The notes below the pieces were generated by a model. That model searched no databases and was not told the DNA's origin. It was given only the letters and a program-made list of their open reading frames with translations. Position numbers and translations under genes: made by a program. Of a stretch of 64,000 nt of DNA, positions 38,481 through 51,484 are shown piece after piece. Source of the DNA: Octopus sinensis (taxonomy: Eukaryota); the NCBI RefSeq assembly GCF_006345805.1, contig NC_043001.1, forward strand, positions 40,300,001-40,364,000, in the 5' to 3' direction. Position 1 is the first letter of the stretch. Every line of letters begins with the position of its first letter.

Positions 38481-38640
38481 TGATTTGTGAAAGGTTTTTG
38501 GTGTTTGAAAATCCTATTCTAATTCAGTGTGAGTTGATAATGGAATGGTATCTTGAATTACAGGGGATAAAATTCCCTTCATCATATACGCAGTAATCAC
38601 ATTCAGTTAAAATGGCTTATTGATGAGTGTTGTTTCTCTT

Positions 38641-38729
38641 TTCTCCCTGATGAGATGATTACATTGTTTTACATCATTTTATTCCCTCAGGAATAATACC
38701 AATGTTTTCTTCGAAACATATGTCAGAAG
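38641..38729 (+). ncRNA. HHR-like motif in a PLE terminal region
   Basis: TTCTCC CTGATGA G...(hairpin TTATTCC-CTCA-GGAATAA)...C GAAA CATATG TC AGAAG: palindromic stem III and a GUC triplet. Confidence 0.45.
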
Positions 38730-38829
38730 TATAAAGATTTGAATAATACCTGCGTTTAAATCCACTTCTTAATTTATCTACACACACACACACACACACA
38801 TATATACACACATACATGCATACATGTAT

Positions 38830-38975
38830 AAATATGTACATGTATATGTTTGTGTGTCCGTGTTTGTCCCCCCATCATCACCTGACAACTGATGTTGGTG
38901 TTTGCATCCTTGTGACTTAGCAGTTCAGCAAAAGAGACTAATAGAATAAGTACTAGGCATGGCCACAGTCAAATA
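38830..38975 (+). mobile_element. SINE family A, 3' half
   Basis: TGTTTGTCCCCC...GACAACTGATGTTGGTG...AAAAGAGACTAATAGAATAAGTACTAGGC. Confidence 0.8.
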
Positions 38976-40114
38976 TGTCTTAGAAGGGGTTAGCCACTTA
39001 AGGTCAACTCCAAAAACCCCACAGATCCCAATTCTCCTTAGTCTAGTGTTGTAGTCTCTGAGTAAGCTGTTTATCTAGGTCATATTCACCTTTCTCATTC
39101 ATCTTTCAGCAAATTTATTGGAGGATAACACTCTTCTCTTCATCCTTTCTTCATTCTAAAGAGATATTTGAAAATGTTGATGAGGAAAGCCCTATTGATA
39201 GTTCTTTCAATTTTATGCATCACATTACATTTTTTTTTCATAGAAATCCTGCAAAAGGAAGGCATCAGGGCAATTTTCATGGGGATGGGTGTAGTATTCA
39301 GCTGATAGCCAAATGGAATCTGTCATACATAGACAACAGCTGTTTGGTATAACATCCACTCTACACCACAATGTTTGGACACTGAATGAAATAAAGCTTT
39401 ATTTGAAATTACAAATTACCAACTTGCAGCATTTAGTAATGAAGGATGTGGGTGAAATTTAATATTTTTCCTGATTTGATCTGGTTTAATTATATAAAAA
39501 AAAGAGCATTAATCACTCCAATCGCTTTCATAAAAAAAATTATTTCCTAGTTGTAAACTACAATAAACACTTCTAATTATACTTCTGCATTAATAATCCT
39601 TTTCTAAAAAAAATTGCTTTAAGACAGATAAAAGAATATAATAGAATTTGTTCAAATTATTTGTTTTATTACTTTATATTGGACATAAACTAATAGTAGC
39701 ATTCAGCCTGTTCTTATTGAAGAATTTGTGGGTGTTTAGATCTAAGTCAGCCTTGATTAACTTAGCATGTAATCAAAGGTATTACAGCCATGACCATCTC
39801 ATTGTTAATTCAGATATAGTGTAATCTACACTCCTTTGTCCACCATATCCATTTTAAAGACAATGTGATGAGGAAGATTTGACTGCTATTTCTGGTAGAT
39901 CAAGCAACCACATTGAGGCTCCCTTTATAGAACATGCATAAATGGCTAGAGGAATGTTATCTAAAAGTAAAAACTTTTCAGTGCTAAATGGGAAGCATTA
40001 CCTACAGAAATATTCCCAGACCATGGGCCTAAAGGTTACAAATTGACTTGTTCTCTTAAACTTGAAATGCTTCATAAAGGAACAACTCTTCTGATTATTG
40101 TGTGTAGAAATTAA

Positions 40115-40334
40115 CCCTTTCATTATCAACCCGGCTGGAACCGGCTCTGGCTCTCAGTACAAATGTCTTGTTTTCATAAGTTTTGAATTAAAATCTTCCA
40201 TCAAACCTTAGTCACAATTTATGTTCCTAACACTAGCTGAATGATAACTAAGTTATTTTACTAAATTCTTTGTTATATTTAAAGTAATTGAAAGAAACAC
40301 AGAGCATCTCAAGATAAATACAGTAACGAAAAGG
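40115..40334. mobile_element. piggyBac-type MITE
   Basis: TTAA|CCCTTTCATTA...GTAACGAAAAGG|TAAA (one TSD copy mutated). Confidence 0.7.
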
Positions 40335-41374
40335 TAAATATATTGACGTCAACATGTATATAAAAATGATTCAACATTGCTATCCTAATATATCAGGATT
40401 CTCAAGAATAATTGTACATATATGTCGAGTACTTGGTCCATATTTGAACCATAACTGAAGCTGCACCCTCTACTTCAATGAATTAAAACAATGCTTTATT
40501 TAGCAACAATTACAAGCTTTTTATAACATGTTTTGACAAGCTGATAAACACAAGTTAATATTAAATGTACATGATAACAAATACAGTTTGAGAAATATAA
40601 TCTGCTTGCAAACTAGTTTATCCTACTCAGGTAGATAGAATAGTAATAGTAGCAGAAGAATCAATCTACATCTGACCCACATGTGCACAGGACTACAAAA
40701 ATGTAACAGCTATGGGTGAAGGTACATAACCTAGTGATTTTGGTTTGAGCTCACAATCATAAGTGTGTGGGTTCAATTTTCTGATAGATGGCACCTTGTG
40801 TGATTGAGTGAAGTACTTTATTTCAAGTTACTCCATCTACTCAGATGAACTGAGCACCAGCTCAGTATTGATGCAACCCTTTTCCCCTTAGAAGTCACAT
40901 CTTGGATGTTCTGCTGAGTCAAAAATGGGAAGGACAAGAGCATCTGTTCATGACTGTACAGACACCTAAAGTAATTAGTGAAAGCATGTTACATGTTACC
41001 AAGTTATACACGTTTATGTGGATGCTTACAGGCATGGTGTATTTACAAATACAGATACTGTACTGGGTGTTTAAAAATTGATATTTTCATGCATAAAGTG
41101 CCTGCATTGCTTAGAGGCATTTTAAATAAAACAATTCATTGGAATGCATCTCAATTTATAGAAAATACATATAATCAAGGGAAATAAGTTTCACATAATA
41201 ACAAGATTTGGAAGATGGAGTCTGCTTGTATAAATGTTTATCTATGTATGTGTATATGTATGTTTCATGTGTGGATGAAGGGATGGATGGATGGACGGAC
41301 GGATAGATTGATTGCCCATGCACCCTGCATACATAAACATGCATATAAACAAATGTATATGCATGTTTATGTGC

Positions 41375-41408
<34 letters not shown>

Positions 41409-41448
41409 ATGTGTGTGTGAGCGTGTGTGTATATATATATATATATAT

Positions 41449-41633
41449 ATCATCATCATCATCATCGTTTAACATCCGTTTTCCATGCTAGCATGGGTTA
41501 GACGGTTCGACCGGGGTCTGGGAAGCCAGGAGACTGCACCAGGCTCCAATCTGATCTGACAGTGTTTCTACAGCAGGATGCCCTTCCTAACGCCAACCAC
41601 TCCATGAGTGTAGTGGGTGCTTTTCACGTGCCA
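41449..41633 (-). mobile_element. RTE 3' tail copy
   Basis: (CAT)n + GTTTAACATCCGTTTTCCATGCTAGCATGGG. Confidence 0.9.
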
Positions 41634-41807
41634 GTCCCAGAAGTCGTGCACCATTCTGATTTTCATTTAAAATAATTAAAGCATTTTATTTTATTATATT
41701 TTTTCAGCATGTTTTATAGTAGAGGGTGCTCAGTTTGAGCATTTGTTTGGATTAATTTCAATAACATGTTTTTAAAAACCCAGGTGGCACGCGACTTCTG
41801 GGACACC

Positions 41808-41810
<3 letters not shown>
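41634..41810. mobile_element. Tc1/mariner MITE, left end clipped
   Basis: GTCCCAGAAGTCG ... CGACTTCTGGGACACCCTG|TA. Confidence 0.75.
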
Positions 41811-41853
<43 letters not shown>

Positions 41854-41948
41854 ATAATAAAAGGGTAAAATCAATTAATTATTAATTAATTTCACCAAGT
41901 AGTGTTCAGTATGTAAAAAGACCATTCAAGGTATATTCAAAATATTAT

Positions 41949-42049
41949 GTTATATAATTAGGGCTCAGTAAAATAATTTACTTTACCACATACTAAATGT
42001 TTCAGTATGTGGTAAAGTAAATTATTTTACTGAGCCCTAATTATATAAC
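41949..42049. repeat. Perfect 46-bp inverted repeat with 9-nt spacer
   Basis: Arm 41949-41994 is the exact reverse complement of 42004-42049. Confidence 0.97.
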
Positions 42050-42050
42050 G

Positions 42051-42101
<51 letters not shown>

Positions 42102-42343
42102 TGATTGATTGATTGATTCTAGTTTCAGCTTATGAGCTGTGGCCATGCTGGGGCACCGCCATTTGCTGGGGCACCGCCGTTTAAAATTATACTGCGCTGC
42201 CGTGACCATATATATATATGGATGTATTGTCAAGTACAATAGTAAATAGTAATCTTCTTACTGGTTATATGCCATAACCAGGAATATACTACTCAACAAT
42301 ATAAAAGTATATATATATATAAATATATATGTATATCTATCTA

Positions 42344-42383
<40 letters not shown>

Positions 42384-42448
42384 AATTTTTTGCGCAATAA
42401 GATAAAGAACCAAGGCTGTGTAGATATTAGAGCATTTATAGATAGAAG

Positions 42449-42500
42449 GTCTTACAGCTGTTTCTAGGTTATTTATCAATTATATCCCTTCATCGAAGAC
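42449..42500 (-). ncRNA. HHR-like motif in a PLE-like fragment between TA tracts
   Basis: GTCT TCGATGA AGG...CCTA GAAA CAGCTG TA AGAC: stem I GTCT/AGAC and palindromic CAGCTG. Confidence 0.45.
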
Positions 42501-42981
42501 GGTGTGAGAGGATAGTTAAGTCATAGTTAGTTTAGATGCGATACAAAATATAGAGTGAGGTGGAGGAAAGAAAATAGATGCAAGATATGTATGGGTATTA
42601 TATATATTTTCCTTCCCATATATACTGTTCTTCCCAATTTTGACTAAAAAAGTGTATATATATTCGGTAAAAGTTTATATAATTATAACAATGAGGGTCT
42701 TTGCAACAAGTTGCAAGACCACATACCGAAATACTACTTGATGAAATTTGTTGATTTTATTAAATTAATTATATTTCACCCTTTATCTGTATATATATAT
42801 ATATATATATATATAGGTATAGGTATGTTGGTGCAAACAGGGAAAACAGAACTCAAAAAATTAGTACATGTATATTTTTATTAATATTAAGCAGAAGTAA
42901 CAGAGTGACTCAAGGTCCAAGAGTTTCATGTGTTGGCACTTATATATATATAGATAGACAGACAGAAAAGTATTATGCATA

Positions 42982-43147
42982 TACTGTATTTTAACATGTA
43001 TAAAGAACCCTCGTGTATAAGGGGCCCCCTAATTTTGGGGGCTTAAAATTTGGAAAAAAGGTTTTGCAAAGGATTATAATACTATCCATGTATAAGAAAC
43101 TCCCATTTTTTTTAACCTAGGCTCCTTATACATATTAAAATACAATA
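42982..43147. mobile_element. pogo-like MITE
   Basis: TACTGTATTTTAACATGTATAAAGAACC / GGCTCCTTATACATATTAAAATACAATA. Confidence 0.75.
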
Positions 43148-43449
43148 CACACACACACACACAAATATATATTTCAGACTAACTGGAGCACAAATCGTTG
43201 CCTTCAGACATTAACATGGCTACTGTTAACTACAGAACTGCATTGACATGTGCAACGTTTTATAAATAAGAACACCTTTGGAAATCAAATTGAATACTAA
43301 TTAAAATAAAAATTTATATATATAACTCTTACATTGTCTTTCTACCTATATATCAAATAGATTATGCCACTTAGTCTGAGAAAAACAACTTCAAAAGTTG
43401 AATTACTGTAAAGCTCTCTTATGAGATTTATAGTTTAACTGACATCATT

Positions 43450-43790
43450 AAAATTCTAAATCTATGAGAAATAATAACACAACAATAATTTTTCCTATGT
43501 CACTTACTAGTGGATTATTACCTTGAAAAAATTTGGTGAAAGTAATGTCATCACCCTTGACATCAGCCATATCTAACATGAATCTCCAATTGAAAGTTCC
43601 TGATGATGTACTCCACTCTCCCCATTCTTGATCCCTTGGATCAGTAACTTCCTGTCCAATTGCATTCTCATGGTATATGTTGATGGAGCTCTTTCTCTTC
43701 TTCATTCTCTCAAGTCTAACATGCCACAGGTTTTGATTTTATCCCCAGGACTCTTCCTTCTATATATAAAAAACTTACAAGAACTAACAT
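43450..43790 (+). pseudogene. CR1-like RT fragment
   Basis: FGESNVITLDIS...LIPWISNFLSN...VYVDGALS...MPQVLILSPGLFLLYIKNL. Confidence 0.8.
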
Positions 43791-44859
43791 ATATACATAC
43801 ATAAATATACTAGAATGAAAAATGCAGGTGCAGAGTGCTAGAATATTCCTAAGTATTGAACCTGGAAAAGTACAGAATAAGAAGAAAAAACTTTATATAT
43901 TGTTGCCAAAGTTAAAATTTGCTAAATAAATTACTGAAATTGTTCATTAAATAGTGTATGCACGTTTTGTTTTACATGTTTTTTTAGTTTTTATTGCAAA
44001 TATTTTAATTTAAATGAATATTCTTGATTTAAAAATTTTTATAAAGCGAATACATTCCTTATTTTTAGTTTTATATTATTTTAAAAATTTTATTTTCTTA
44101 ATAAAACTCATTATCCAAATTTTTAAACCACAGATATTTTCTTAAAATTTAACTCATGAAATTCAAAAATTAGAGGTAAAAATAGTAAAAAATATTTAAA
44201 AAAAACAAAGGAATTAATTTCTTTAATGTTTGCATTATCAGATAACAAAGTATTTTCTATTTACAGCAAGAAGAATATTTTAAAAATGAAAGTTAATGAA
44301 CAAATTGAGAGCAAAATGTAGAAATGATTCTCTAACTTTTTTTATAAAAGCATATGGGTTATAATACATTGTCAATTTTGCTTAAATTGCTATCATGTAA
44401 TTTTTTAAAAAATATAAATTTGTAATATTCAGTTTTCAATGAGTAAACTTGCAGGCAATTATTCTTTTCACCTAAAATTGAACATAAATAGCTTTTTGAG
44501 TATTTTTAATTTAAACTTTTATACAAAAATAAAAGATATATAAAAGGGTATTTATTACTATTTTAGTTTTTAAATTCTAACTTCAGCAATAATATTTTAA
44601 GTTTTTTTTTTCTTGACCTGTACATTTCCAGGTGTAACTGCTTAATTACTGCTTGTCATGTATTTTTTCAAGTTCAATACTTCAGAATATTTTAGCACTC
44701 ATTTTTCATTCAAGTGTACTTTTTTTAGCTGACAAAACTTTTATTATTATAATTAATTATATTTACCTTTATATTTTTCATTCTAGTAATACTAAAAATA
44801 AGACAGAAATGTTTTAGCATAATACAAAGAAATTTTTAAATCAAAAATATTAACTTAAT

Positions 44860-45790
44860 TTTAAAAAATACAAGAAGCAAAAAATTCACACACTATTTGA
44901 TGAACAATTTCAGAAATTTATTTTGATCCAAAGTTTCCCAAATACCTTCAGCTTCATTTTTCTCAGCTTTTGTTTGGTAGTTAGGCTCACATCTGGTCAG
45001 TATCATAAGGCTTTCTCCAATATACAGACAGTCAATATTTGCCTGCCATATTAAAAGCTGTAAAACAATCTATCATTGGTAGATTTTTCGGATGATTTTC
45101 TTCAAGTTGATAAAGCTTTTAACAGCTTTTCCATTCCTTCTTAATTTGACATTTTCAGCAACAGTAAAGACATTTAATCTTGCTTCAGCCTTAGAAAAGC
45201 CAAATCAACATTTTTTTGACCATATTTTTTCCTTTTCCATAAATTCTCCAGCAAATTTTTTTTTCTTTTTTTCTACTCTAGGCACAAGACCCAAAATTTT
45301 GGTGGAGGGAGCCAGTCGATTGGATCGACCCCCAGTATGCAACTGGTACTTAATTTATCAACTCCCACAAAAGGATGAAAGGCAAAGTCGACCTCAGTGG
45401 AATTTGAGCTCAGAATGTAAAGACAGATGAAATACTGCTAAGTATTTCATCCAGCATGCTAACGTTTCTGCCAACTCACCACCTTATAAATTCTTCAGCA
45501 AATTTTGCTGCATGGATGCATTTGAAAATGACTGACCAAATTGTTAAGAGTGAGGCAAGAGACTGAACATGGCAATCTGCAAGTAATATATTGTTCTATA
45601 GATTTTACAATATTTTCTGGAAAATCTTTGTCATAAATAGGTATTTGATTCACCCAAATTTTCATATGAAGTTGAAGAACCCCACTTTATTGATACTCTA
45701 TTCCCCAAAAATAATGTGTGATGTTGCCAAGAATCGGATTGTTTTTTGCCTTTACTATTTTATTTAATACAGCTTGTTATCAGTAATAAA
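44860..45790 (-). pseudogene. hAT (ZMYM1-like) transposase relic, interrupted by a SINE
   Basis: Remnants resembling AMF-PC-HSLN and NEAEGIWETL..F.L; heavily degraded. Confidence 0.55.
45310..45490 (-). mobile_element. tRNA-derived SINE family B
   Basis: Antisense of GAGCTCAAATTCCACTGAGGTCGACTTTGCCTTTCATCCTTT...GATAAATTAAGTACCAG. Confidence 0.85.
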
Positions 45791-45999
45791 GATGTTTGCT
45801 AAGAACAACAACGCCATTTACACACAAAGTGCTTGTTTTAGCAGTCTGAATATATATATTTTTCATAAACAAACATTGAAGTGTTGAGTAAGTTAGTATT
45901 TTACAGAAAATAAGGAAATCTTGAATGCTGAATAGCTGCGAAAACAGCTTCAAAGACTGGGTAAATACCCTTAGAAGACAGAAAAGAGTGGTCAGCATG

Positions 46000-46072
46000 T
46001 TGTTACAGAGAGTCAAACCCTGTACCTCCCAAACTCTGGTTGAGCACTCTGTACCATTGAGCTAAGTGACCT
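46000..46072 (-). mobile_element. tRNA-like SINE head or tRNA pseudogene
   Basis: GGTCACTTAGCTCAATGGTACAGAGTGC...AGGGTTTGACTCTCTG: A and B boxes present, acceptor stem broken. Confidence 0.55.
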
Positions 46073-46545
46073 CTGCTAACTAAAACTTGAACCTTTGCTG
46101 GGTTTACTTTGAAGCCTTTCTATTCTTTTTTTTTCTTCCAAGTTTAGACTTTCTTCTCTAAATCTTTGATCAATTTAGCTATGAAAACTAGGTCATAAGA
46201 ATACTGGACAAACAAAATCAATTGGTCTTAAACTCCTCTGTTTTGACTTGGAGGGCTGTAATAAAATAGAAAGGGACTGAGAACTGAGTACAGATGTACA
46301 CTGGCCTGCATGCAAAATCCCTTCATGAACCCTTTAACACTCATCTTGCTGACAGTATGTTTGTATATGACTTGCACATCTCCCACAAACCATTTGTTAA
46401 TCCCAGGATTTTTTAGTGACCAGACTACTAAATATGGAACATTGTCAGACAACTACAGGTTGACAAAAAGTTAAGTACAGTGGCTGACTCCTAGCTAAGT
46501 ACTTATTTTCTATTTGTCTCCCTAACAAAAGGTATTATCATATCT

Positions 46546-46990
46546 CAAGGTCATCGCTAAGCCCCTGCAATCACAGGGGTTGCAGGGGGCCTCCACAGTT
46601 GAGGGGCCCCATGTTAAGATCAAACTACATAGATGAGCCATCTATTTACTTTGGTTAAGATGTTAACTGAAAATTTCAAGTCAGGCGAGGAAAATAAAAA
46701 TACAACAGTGTACCATAAATAACCTTAAAAGTAAACAAAAAAAGTAAATGAAAAAAGCTTTTCAATGAATTCTCTAGGGAGACAAAAGAAATCCAAAATA
46801 ATTAAAATAAGAACAACTTCAAGAGAAAAGACAAGAAAAAGAAGCAATGGTGATGAAAGGTGGGGGTTGTATATTTATACATACATACAAACGTACACAC
46901 GTTCATACATACATACATACACACATATATATGTCTGGCTTTTATCTGTTTCAGTCTACCAAGTCCATTCACAAGGCTTTGGCCAGCTGA

Positions 46991-47022
<32 letters not shown>

Positions 47023-47876
47023 CAAGCAGAGAGAAAGTGAGAGAGAAAGAGAGACAGGCAGAGAGAAAGTGAGAGAGACAGAGAGAGACAGAGAGAAAGA
47101 GAGAGACAGAGAGAAAGAGAGAAGGAGATAGATGTGTACCAAACACACACACGTCCTTTAGTCTCTCTGTCTCTCCCTCTTTCTCTCTTCATTTCTCTCT
47201 CTCTCTCACCATGTATATATATTTGTCATTACCCAGAACAGTGGCCTTTGACCACTGTTCTGGGTAATGAGGCAAGAGATTGCCTCATCACTGTTCAGAG
47301 GAATGAGGCAAGAGATTGAACAAGGCAATCAGCAAGTAATATATTGTTCTATAGACTTTCAAATATTTTCTGGAAAATCTTTGTCATAAATAGGTATTTG
47401 ATTCACCCAAATTTTCATATGAACTTGAGGAACCCCACTTTGTTGATACTCTATTCCCCAAAAATAATGCTTAGTGGATGAAATGCTTAGTGGTATTTCG
47501 TCTGCCTTTACATTCTGAGTTCAAATTCCGCCAAGGTCGACTTTGCCTTTCATCCTTTCGGGGTCAATAAATTAAGTACCAGTTATGCACTGGGGTCGAT
47601 ATAATCGACTTAATCCCTTTGTCTTTCCTTGTTTGTCCCCTCTATGTTTAGCCCCTTGTGGGCAATAAAGAAATAAGAAAAAAGATATACTGTTAGTTGT
47701 TTTATGTGTTGTATTTTAGAATCATCATAGCAGATTCTAAAATACAACAAGCTGTAAGGGACTATGTTTGATTTTTGCAGATAATAAAGGTGCATAGATT
47801 AAGAATTTCGATCGAAAAGATGGGGCCTCAAAACAAGAAGTTACAGGGGGCCTCTAAAAGTTATGCGATGGCCCTG
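46546..47876. mobile_element. hAT-like non-autonomous element with nested insertions
   Basis: CAAGGTCATCGCTAA ... TTATGCGATGGCCCTG termini and GGGGCC subterminal motifs; an 8-bp TSD is not clearly retained. Confidence 0.55.
47469..47670 (+). mobile_element. SINE family B, 5' truncated
   Basis: GAAATGCTTAGTGGTATTTCG...GAGTTCAAATTCCGCCAAGGTCGACTTTGCC...AGCCCCTTGTGGGCAATAAAGAAATA. Confidence 0.88.
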
Positions 47877-48981
47877 GTGTATCCTAGGCAAGCATTAATC
47901 TGAAATGCATCATATCTAATCTAATACTCTTCCAAATCAGTTGTGTTATAACTTTTCAATAACTTTCATAACCTAGTCTATCAGTTTGATGTTTCTGTAG
48001 TTGCTTCTCACTAGAGTGACTGCTTTACTTTTGTAGATGATGATACAGCAAACACAATCCATTAAGTACGACCCTTTCTTGTACTATCTGATTTACTATA
48101 TAAGTGACTAGTGAGTGACCTACTTTATCAGATATTTTAAGCATTTTAGTGACTCTCTTTAATGGTCTATTTTTTCTAGTCTTCATATTCTTAATTGCAA
48201 TTGGCCATACAGCTGTCAACTTCAACAGATGGTCCTTTTGTTGGGACTCTCTCTGATGGGTTAACCTCATTCAAAAACCTCTCAAAATAATATTCTTATA
48301 CTGTTTACTTTTCAGCATCAATGAGGGAAAGTGTGCCACTGTCATTTTGTATACACTTTGCTGATTGTTCTTAATACACTGCCAAAACAACTCATATTGC
48401 TGATCTTTATATCACTATTTACAATGGATGGATCGGTGTCCTCATCTTGTTTGTTGTTAATATGTTTCAGCTGATGTACTTTGAGGCAGGATTCTAAAAG
48501 TGGCATAAATGCCGGGACTGCCACATTTGAATCCGGCCTCAAAGTCGTTTTCTGTAAGTGAGTCAAGGACCTTCTGCGGTTTGCTCTGAATCTCAATGAT
48601 GGTGTCATAACAGTGACCTTTGATCTGCATTTTCATTTTGGGGAAGAGATGGAAGTATGCAGTGCTAAATCTGGTGAAGTACGCAAGGTGACTATTTCGA
48701 AGGAGATGATGTTAAAACTTAGAAAAATATGTTATTTTTTATTAAACATAACCAGTCCAACAACCTTTTGATACCATTTCATAGGTACAAAATTCTTATA
48801 CTACCCAATGAATACAAAAGAGATATAGTGAAAATTGGTGATGAGAAACAAATGAGTTAAGTGGACATGAGAGGATGTGTCATTAGGTTTGATTTAATTC
48901 AAAATTTGTTGTCAGTATTATTCTAATCACTGCTGAAAAATTGATGGTTCTACAAACGGATTCAAATGCAAACTAGATTTA

Positions 48982-50544
48982 CTGTAAAAACCCATGTAAT
49001 TTATGCACTTTTTTTTGCAAAAACAAAAATAAACTTTAGAGAGTACATAAATTAATTACATGAATAGATCATTTCCAGAATTTTTTTGGAAATTGTTTTT
49101 TATTGAAAAATGGCATACAAATGTAAACATTCGTACAGGAACTTGACTAATTTAATGTCAGAATAGGTTTTTACAGAAAAAAAATAACGAACTTGACTTT
49201 TATTTATGCTGGACAGTATAATGCTTACTTTTTCTGTATAAATTTACTAAAACCTTAAATGGTTAACTACTTTTTGAAGTTTGATGTTCATGCTGGTAAT
49301 CACAGTCTGGATCATATTTTACAATGCTTGGAGTTTCTACCTATTACAATGGAGTCCAGCAATTTCCTTAAATAGATAAGTTTTTCTCCACTTAAGAAGT
49401 CTAGCATGCATTTGCCTCGCTTTCTCTGCATTAGGACAATGAAATTCATCACTGCCAACATTGCTGCTACCAGCTCTTACTGCATCTAATGCCAACAACA
49501 ACATCATAATTCATCCTTGTACATGTAAACTCACTAAGTGAATATGACTTAGCATTCCTACAGAAAGCTTCATTGTTTAATGTCATTTCACATTCATGTT
49601 GAATTATGCAATAATCTTATGTTCTCTTCATAAAACATTTGTAATGTATGTATTACCAGTTCTTTTGGTATAGTAGATTTTTGCTATTTTTGTTTATGTT
49701 TCCTCATTGATGATTATATACTAACAAGTTGCTTCTTAAATTTTGCACCTCTCTTGTTCAATAAACACTGAGTTAAACTTGCAAAGCTGTTTATTTTCTC
49801 CTTTCAATTGTGAATGTTTATTTTAGCTGGTTACCAAACTATCAGTTTGGTCTCCCCGCTAAAATGGTAATGACAAAGTTTTAAGTTTGCTTGACATTTT
49901 ATAAGTGTGAAAGCCATTAAAATTTCAATACTCCGTATCAAAGGTTCTGACAGGAACAGGCAGAAAATCAGAGTTTGAGACTAGAAGACATTTTCGACCA
50001 ATCAGAATTTTGAATAATTAGAATTTATATAATCAGTTTGATCAGTCACCTTCCTCTGTTGGTTGAGTAAAGTGTCATCCAAACTGATGTTTATTGGTAA
50101 TTAAACTGATTTTGCAACACTTATGCATATTTATCAGCTTTGTTTTTGTTGATAAGAATTATCAACAACTTTTCTTGTGATTGGGATTTGAGAAGACATA
50201 CAGAAGTATGCTAAAGATTGGAAATAATCTCTTGTGGGCATGAAATGTAAAATAAAGTTTATTATATACAACACAAACACTTTGTAATTTAAGAGCTTTC
50301 AATGTGATACCTGTTAAACAGAAATTATTTTTATTTAATGAAAATTTAATAAAATCTAATCATAAGTAAGTGAAATTATGTTAAATACAACTAAATTGAA
50401 AACCTTTTCCCCCTGGCTATATTGGCAATTCTGAAAACTTTTGGGTGCGAATTTTATACGAGCAGAAGCATTTTTTAACAATTTTTATTCTGAAAATTAC
50501 CTGTATAAATTACACAGGTGCACAAATTACATGGGCTTTTATGG
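48982..50544 (-). mobile_element. pogo-like DNA transposon relic
   Basis: TIRs (TA)CTGTAAAAACCCATGTAATTTATGCAC / GTGCACAAATTACATGGGCTTTTATGG(TA); decayed internal coding. Confidence 0.7.
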
Positions 50545-51070
50545 TAATTCATTATAATTCTCATCCAACATAGTCTTCCTACAGAATTTAATTATGACGT
50601 TCTCCTTAATGACATTAGGGGAAAATGTTCAAAATAATGTAGATACGCCACACAATATATGATTTACAAATACTGTGTAGTCCCCATTCTTTCAGCAAAT
50701 AATGTGAGGGAATTTCCCCATCTCAATGCTAGATAAACTTGTATCTATCTTCCTGATTAGAGTCCACTAAGGCTCCCTGTTGTTCCTCTTTGTTCTATTC
50801 ATCCCACATATATTAGTTATTTCCTCTAGCCTTATTAGAGCTTGTTCAACCGTTATATTGCCTGCTATTTGGCTCCTGCCATGCTGTTGCTACAAAACTG
50901 GAATGGCTTGCTGCAAGTGATTGTCACTCTCTCTCTCTTTGTCTCTAATGCAAAATAAACATCTCTTTCTCCATGCTAAGATTCCTCTCCTACTTTCGTG
51001 CTTGTCCATGTTTGTTTGTAGATTGAGAGGCTAATAGAAATCTCTCTTTCTTTCACCCTTTTTATCTCTG

Positions 51071-51108
<38 letters not shown>

Positions 51109-51423
51109 TATATATATATATGTATATATAAAGAGGAAGAAAGAGAGAATCAGAGATATAAATGTTAGTAAAGTTCGTTTGGTTCAGTGTTGATTGATTT
51201 GGTTTGATACTTGTAAGTGATATGTTCAAAGTCAATGGAAGTCTAACTAACCATCAAATCATTAACTTGAAACTAATGTATAGTTTTGTCATTATTCATG
51301 CTAAGGATAATTGACCATAATATCTGTGTGTGTGAGTGCATGCACATATGTGTGCACATATATATATATACAGACACACAGACAGACAGGCATGCAGACA
51401 GGCAGGCAGGCAGGCAGGCAGGC

Positions 51424-51484
<61 letters not shown>

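Noticed and set aside
43448-43705. Protein-like minus ORF with a strong CAAG|GTAATA donor
   Set aside because: It is the antisense of a plus-strand CR1-like RT fragment (LDIS...WISNFLS...PQVLILSP).
46000-46072. Possible tRNA gene, likewise the SINE heads
   Set aside because: Acceptor and anticodon stems do not close; treated as SINE-derived.
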